DNA of 64,000 nucleotides from Escherichia coli (GTDB lineage Bacteria; Pseudomonadota; Gammaproteobacteria; Enterobacterales; Enterobacteriaceae): NCBI RefSeq assembly GCF_003334785.1, contig NZ_QOWV01000004.1; one strand, 5' to 3'. Shown piece by piece: positions 61,740 to 64,000 of this stretch (position 1 is its first letter; each line of letters starts with the position of its first letter). The notes under the pieces were generated by a model. It saw only the letters and a program-made list of their open reading frames with translations, ran no database searches and was not told where the DNA came from. The position numbers and the translations under genes were made by a program.

Positions 61740-63365
61740 TCAACCCTGCCCTTCAGGGGTGGGGTTACCTTGCTTATCCTCTGTAAACTCCTTTCTGAGC
61801 ATCACATAATCGAAAACATCATGGTTTGCATCCACAACCCGTGAGTCTCCTTTATAGTGTGCAATCACTTCCTCAAGCGTTTGCGGCTGTTCCGGCTTTG
61901 TTACCCCCATCCACGCATTAATAAGGTAATTATTGTAAGCTGTCGAAAAGATGTTGTTTTCCGTTGTGCGATCCACGCCATCCCCAAGAACGGGGCTATA
62001 CCAGATAAACATCGGGACATGATATGCCTGCTGGCTAGCCTCCCTGCCTCCATGAAAATAGACGTTCTTCTTCGTAGGGTCACGTTCCAGGCCGTGGTCG
62101 GCAAAATACATGACCGAGGCGCGGCGATCTTTTAATAATTCAAAAACCTGACCTAGCAAACTATCTGTGTAATGAATGGAGTTGTCATAGCAGGCATCCT
62201 GATCGTCCTGCGGTTGAAACACGGCGCTGGATTGCGGATAGGCGCTACAAGCCGGTTCATGGCTTCCATTTAAATGAAGAACAATCAGTTTCTTTTGCTG
62301 CGTATTTTGCTGTAATGCTTGCGATAAATGCGGCAACAACAATTCATCAAATCCTCTGACATAAACTGTTTCCATGGCGCGCATGGCGATACTGGTAACT
62401 GCTGTACCATTCTGCCGAAAAGCGGATTGCGAGCTTAGCCAGAAAGTCTGAAATCCTGCTTGATTAGCCATATTAATAATGTTGTCGGGGTAATTATGAA
62501 TGTCATGACTCAAAACAGAATCAGCAGTTAAAGAAAGGGGAACCGACAGCGCAGTGTAAGGTGCGCCGCTTATTGCTTGATTAAACAGTTTGATCTGTTT
62601 TCTTTGTGCTTCAACTTGCGGTGTCGTAGAGCGTGTATATCCATACAAAGACATATTGTCGACACGTACAGACTCCCCCACAATCAACACGTAGGTATCA
62701 ATACCTGTATCCCTGACTGATAATTGAAAATACGGCACCGTGTTTGCAATTGAGAGTAATCTTTGATGCTCTTTCGCTGCTAAAGCAAAATAGTTGAGAT
62801 TGAAAAACGGCGTATAGGTAGCAAATCGCGACGCTAGTATATATGGACTGAACGCTTTTTTATTTTTTGCATCTTTATAAGCAAATTGACAAGCGGAAAA
62901 TAAACTGCCCGAAATGACAATCAGCAATAATATTCCTGTCACTTTTTTTGTCGGCAAGGAAACATCATATTTTATTATTACTGCCAAAAAAAGAAGGGAT
63001 AAAAAAGCAAAGGCACATAGATAAGGGATATACATCCCCAGCATTTTGACAACTTCATCCGGATCACTCTGGAGCACACTAATCGCAAATCCATCATTGA
63101 AAGTTGTACCAAAGGTACACCATGAATAGAGGCTAATACTCATGTCTGCCGCAGTCAGTAACACAAATGGTGCGGCAACAAGCAGGCGAAGCGGAAGGGA
63201 TGATATACGTTTTACAACCAGGATGGTCAGAACGAAGAACAGCAAGCGCTGAACCATATGCGCTCCGGAAGAAGCGACTAAGTTCGTAATACCAAAAACA
63301 ATAACACAAAGATACAACAACCAATGAGATTTAAAAGTTCTAGCAAATTTGTTGAATACTGTCAT
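61740..63365 (-). CDS. yhbX: inner-membrane sulfatase-fold protein (phosphoethanolamine-transferase-like), AT-rich gene
   Basis: ORF 61740-63398; start refined to give about 541 aa; N-terminal transmembrane segments plus sulfatase-like domain; lower GC than neighbours. Confidence 0.8.
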   Translation of the reverse strand: MTVFNKFARTFKSHWLLYLCVIVFGITNLVASSGAHMVQRLLFFVLTILVVKRISSLPLRLLVAAPFVLLTAADMSISLYSWCTFGTTFNDGFAISVLQSDPDEVVKMLGMYIPYLCAFAFLSLLFLAVIIKYDVSLPTKKVTGILLLIVISGSLFSACQFAYKDAKNKKAFSPYILASRFATYTPFFNLNYFALAAKEHQRLLSIANTVPYFQLSVRDTGIDTYVLIVGESVRVDNMSLYGYTRSTTPQVEAQRKQIKLFNQAISGAPYTALSVPLSLTADSVLSHDIHNYPDNIINMANQAGFQTFWLSSQSAFRQNGTAVTSIAMRAMETVYVRGFDELLLPHLSQALQQNTQQKKLIVLHLNGSHEPACSAYPQSSAVFQPQDDQDACYDNSIHYTDSLLGQVFELLKDRRASVMYFADHGLERDPTKKNVYFHGGREASQQAYHVPMFIWYSPVLGDGVDRTTENNIFSTAYNNYLINAWMGVTKPEQPQTLEEVIAHYKGDSRVVDANHDVFDYVMLRKEFTEDKQGNPTPEGQG

Positions 63366-63782
63366 CCAGAAATCCAAGTTCACAACCAATATAAACAATT
63401 ATCAACAATGTTTAATTTTATATCAGACATGTTTTTCAACTCTGATCCATATCAGAACGAAACACTGTTAGTTTTTTCTTTTTAAATGATGCGGCCATTG
63501 CGTTCTCAGTAATTAAATAACATTATCAATGCGTCTCTAAACATTACGCAGAACGTAGCCATCAGTCGTTATACTGACAGGAGCAGGATGGTTTATCGAG
63601 AAGTAAACATATCCGTATTCGTACCGGAACTGGAGTTGACACAATAAAGTGCCAATTATGTCAGTAGAAGGGAAAAATTTATAACTAAGGCGTACCGGCA
63701 CCATCGTTTCAAGGTACCAGCTACGAGTAAAGCAACTGGACGAGATACAGATACCTGACAACCATTCCTCAGACCAGGACCA

Positions 63783-63810
63783 AAACGAAAAAAGACGCTT
63801 TTCAGCGTCT
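63783..63810 (-). terminator. intrinsic terminator after leuU
   Basis: agacgcttttcagcgtct hairpin with a T-run on the minus strand, 14 nt downstream of the tRNA 3' end. Confidence 0.7.
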
Positions 63811-63823
63811 CTTTTCTGGAATT

Positions 63824-63910
63824 TGGTACCGAGGACGGGACTTGAACCCGTAAGCCCTATTGGGCACTACCACCTCAAGGTAGCGTGTCTACCAATTCCA
63901 CCACCTCGGC
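63824..63910 (-). tRNA. leuU: tRNA-Leu (GAG)
   Basis: Reverse complement reads GCCGAGGTGGTGGAATTGGTAGACACGCTACCTTGAGGTGGTAGTGCCCAATAGGGCTTACGGGTTCAAGTCCCGTCCTCGGTACCA (87 nt, long variable arm, 3' CCA). Confidence 0.92.
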
Positions 63911-63924
63911 ACGGATACTACTTT

Positions 63925-64000
63925 TTAGTTCGGGATATCGCTGGTCGGCTTAGCCGGAGCAGCTGGCTGAGTTTGTTCGGTTTTCGCCGGTGCACTCAGA
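63925..64000 (-). CDS. secG: protein-export membrane protein SecG, C-terminal end; gene continues past window end
   Basis: Minus-strand frame ends ...DIPN-stop at 63925-63927 directly upstream of leuU; only the last 25 codons are in the window. Confidence 0.7.
   Translation of the reverse strand, partial: LSAPAKTEQTQPAAPAKPTSDIPN

Overview
This window reads as a contiguous stretch of Escherichia coli-type core chromosome with no mobile element, CRISPR array, prophage or integrase. I do not see a convincing previously undescribed multi-gene system. Gene order on the given strand: tdcE (partial)-tdcD-tdcC-tdcB-tdcA (minus) / tdcR, yhaB, yhaC (plus); rnpB (RNase P RNA, minus) with tandem 113-bp repeats downstream; garK-garR-garL-garP (minus) divergent from garD; prlF-yhaV toxin-antitoxin; agaR divergent from a complete aga/kba cluster (kbaZ-agaV-agaW-agaE-agaF-agaA, agaS-kbaY-agaB-agaC-agaD-agaI); yraHIJK chaperone-usher fimbrial operon; rsmI / lpoA-yraN-diaA-dolP; yraQ, yraR, yhbO, yhbP, yhbQ, yhbS, ubiT / ubiU-ubiV, yhbW; mtr; deaD-yrbN-nlpI-pnp-rpsO-truB-rbfA-infB-nusA-rimP-metY (minus); argG; yhbX; leuU tRNA; secG (partial). 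Gene names are assigned from my recognition of the translated ORFs and their synteny; no database search was run. The full-length agaW, agaE, agaF and agaA show the source is not a K-12-type strain. The least-explained sequence-level signals are: a pentapeptide-repeat tract in AT-rich yhaC; a recurring ATGTTCAA/TTGAACAT 8-mer plus a 12-bp inverted repeat upstream of yraH; a 14-bp perfect inverted repeat ending 4 nt before the yhbW start codon; and the rnpB 3' tandem repeats. Refined start codons are inferred from family lengths and Shine-Dalgarno context; coordinates of RNA genes and hairpins may be off by 1-2 nt.
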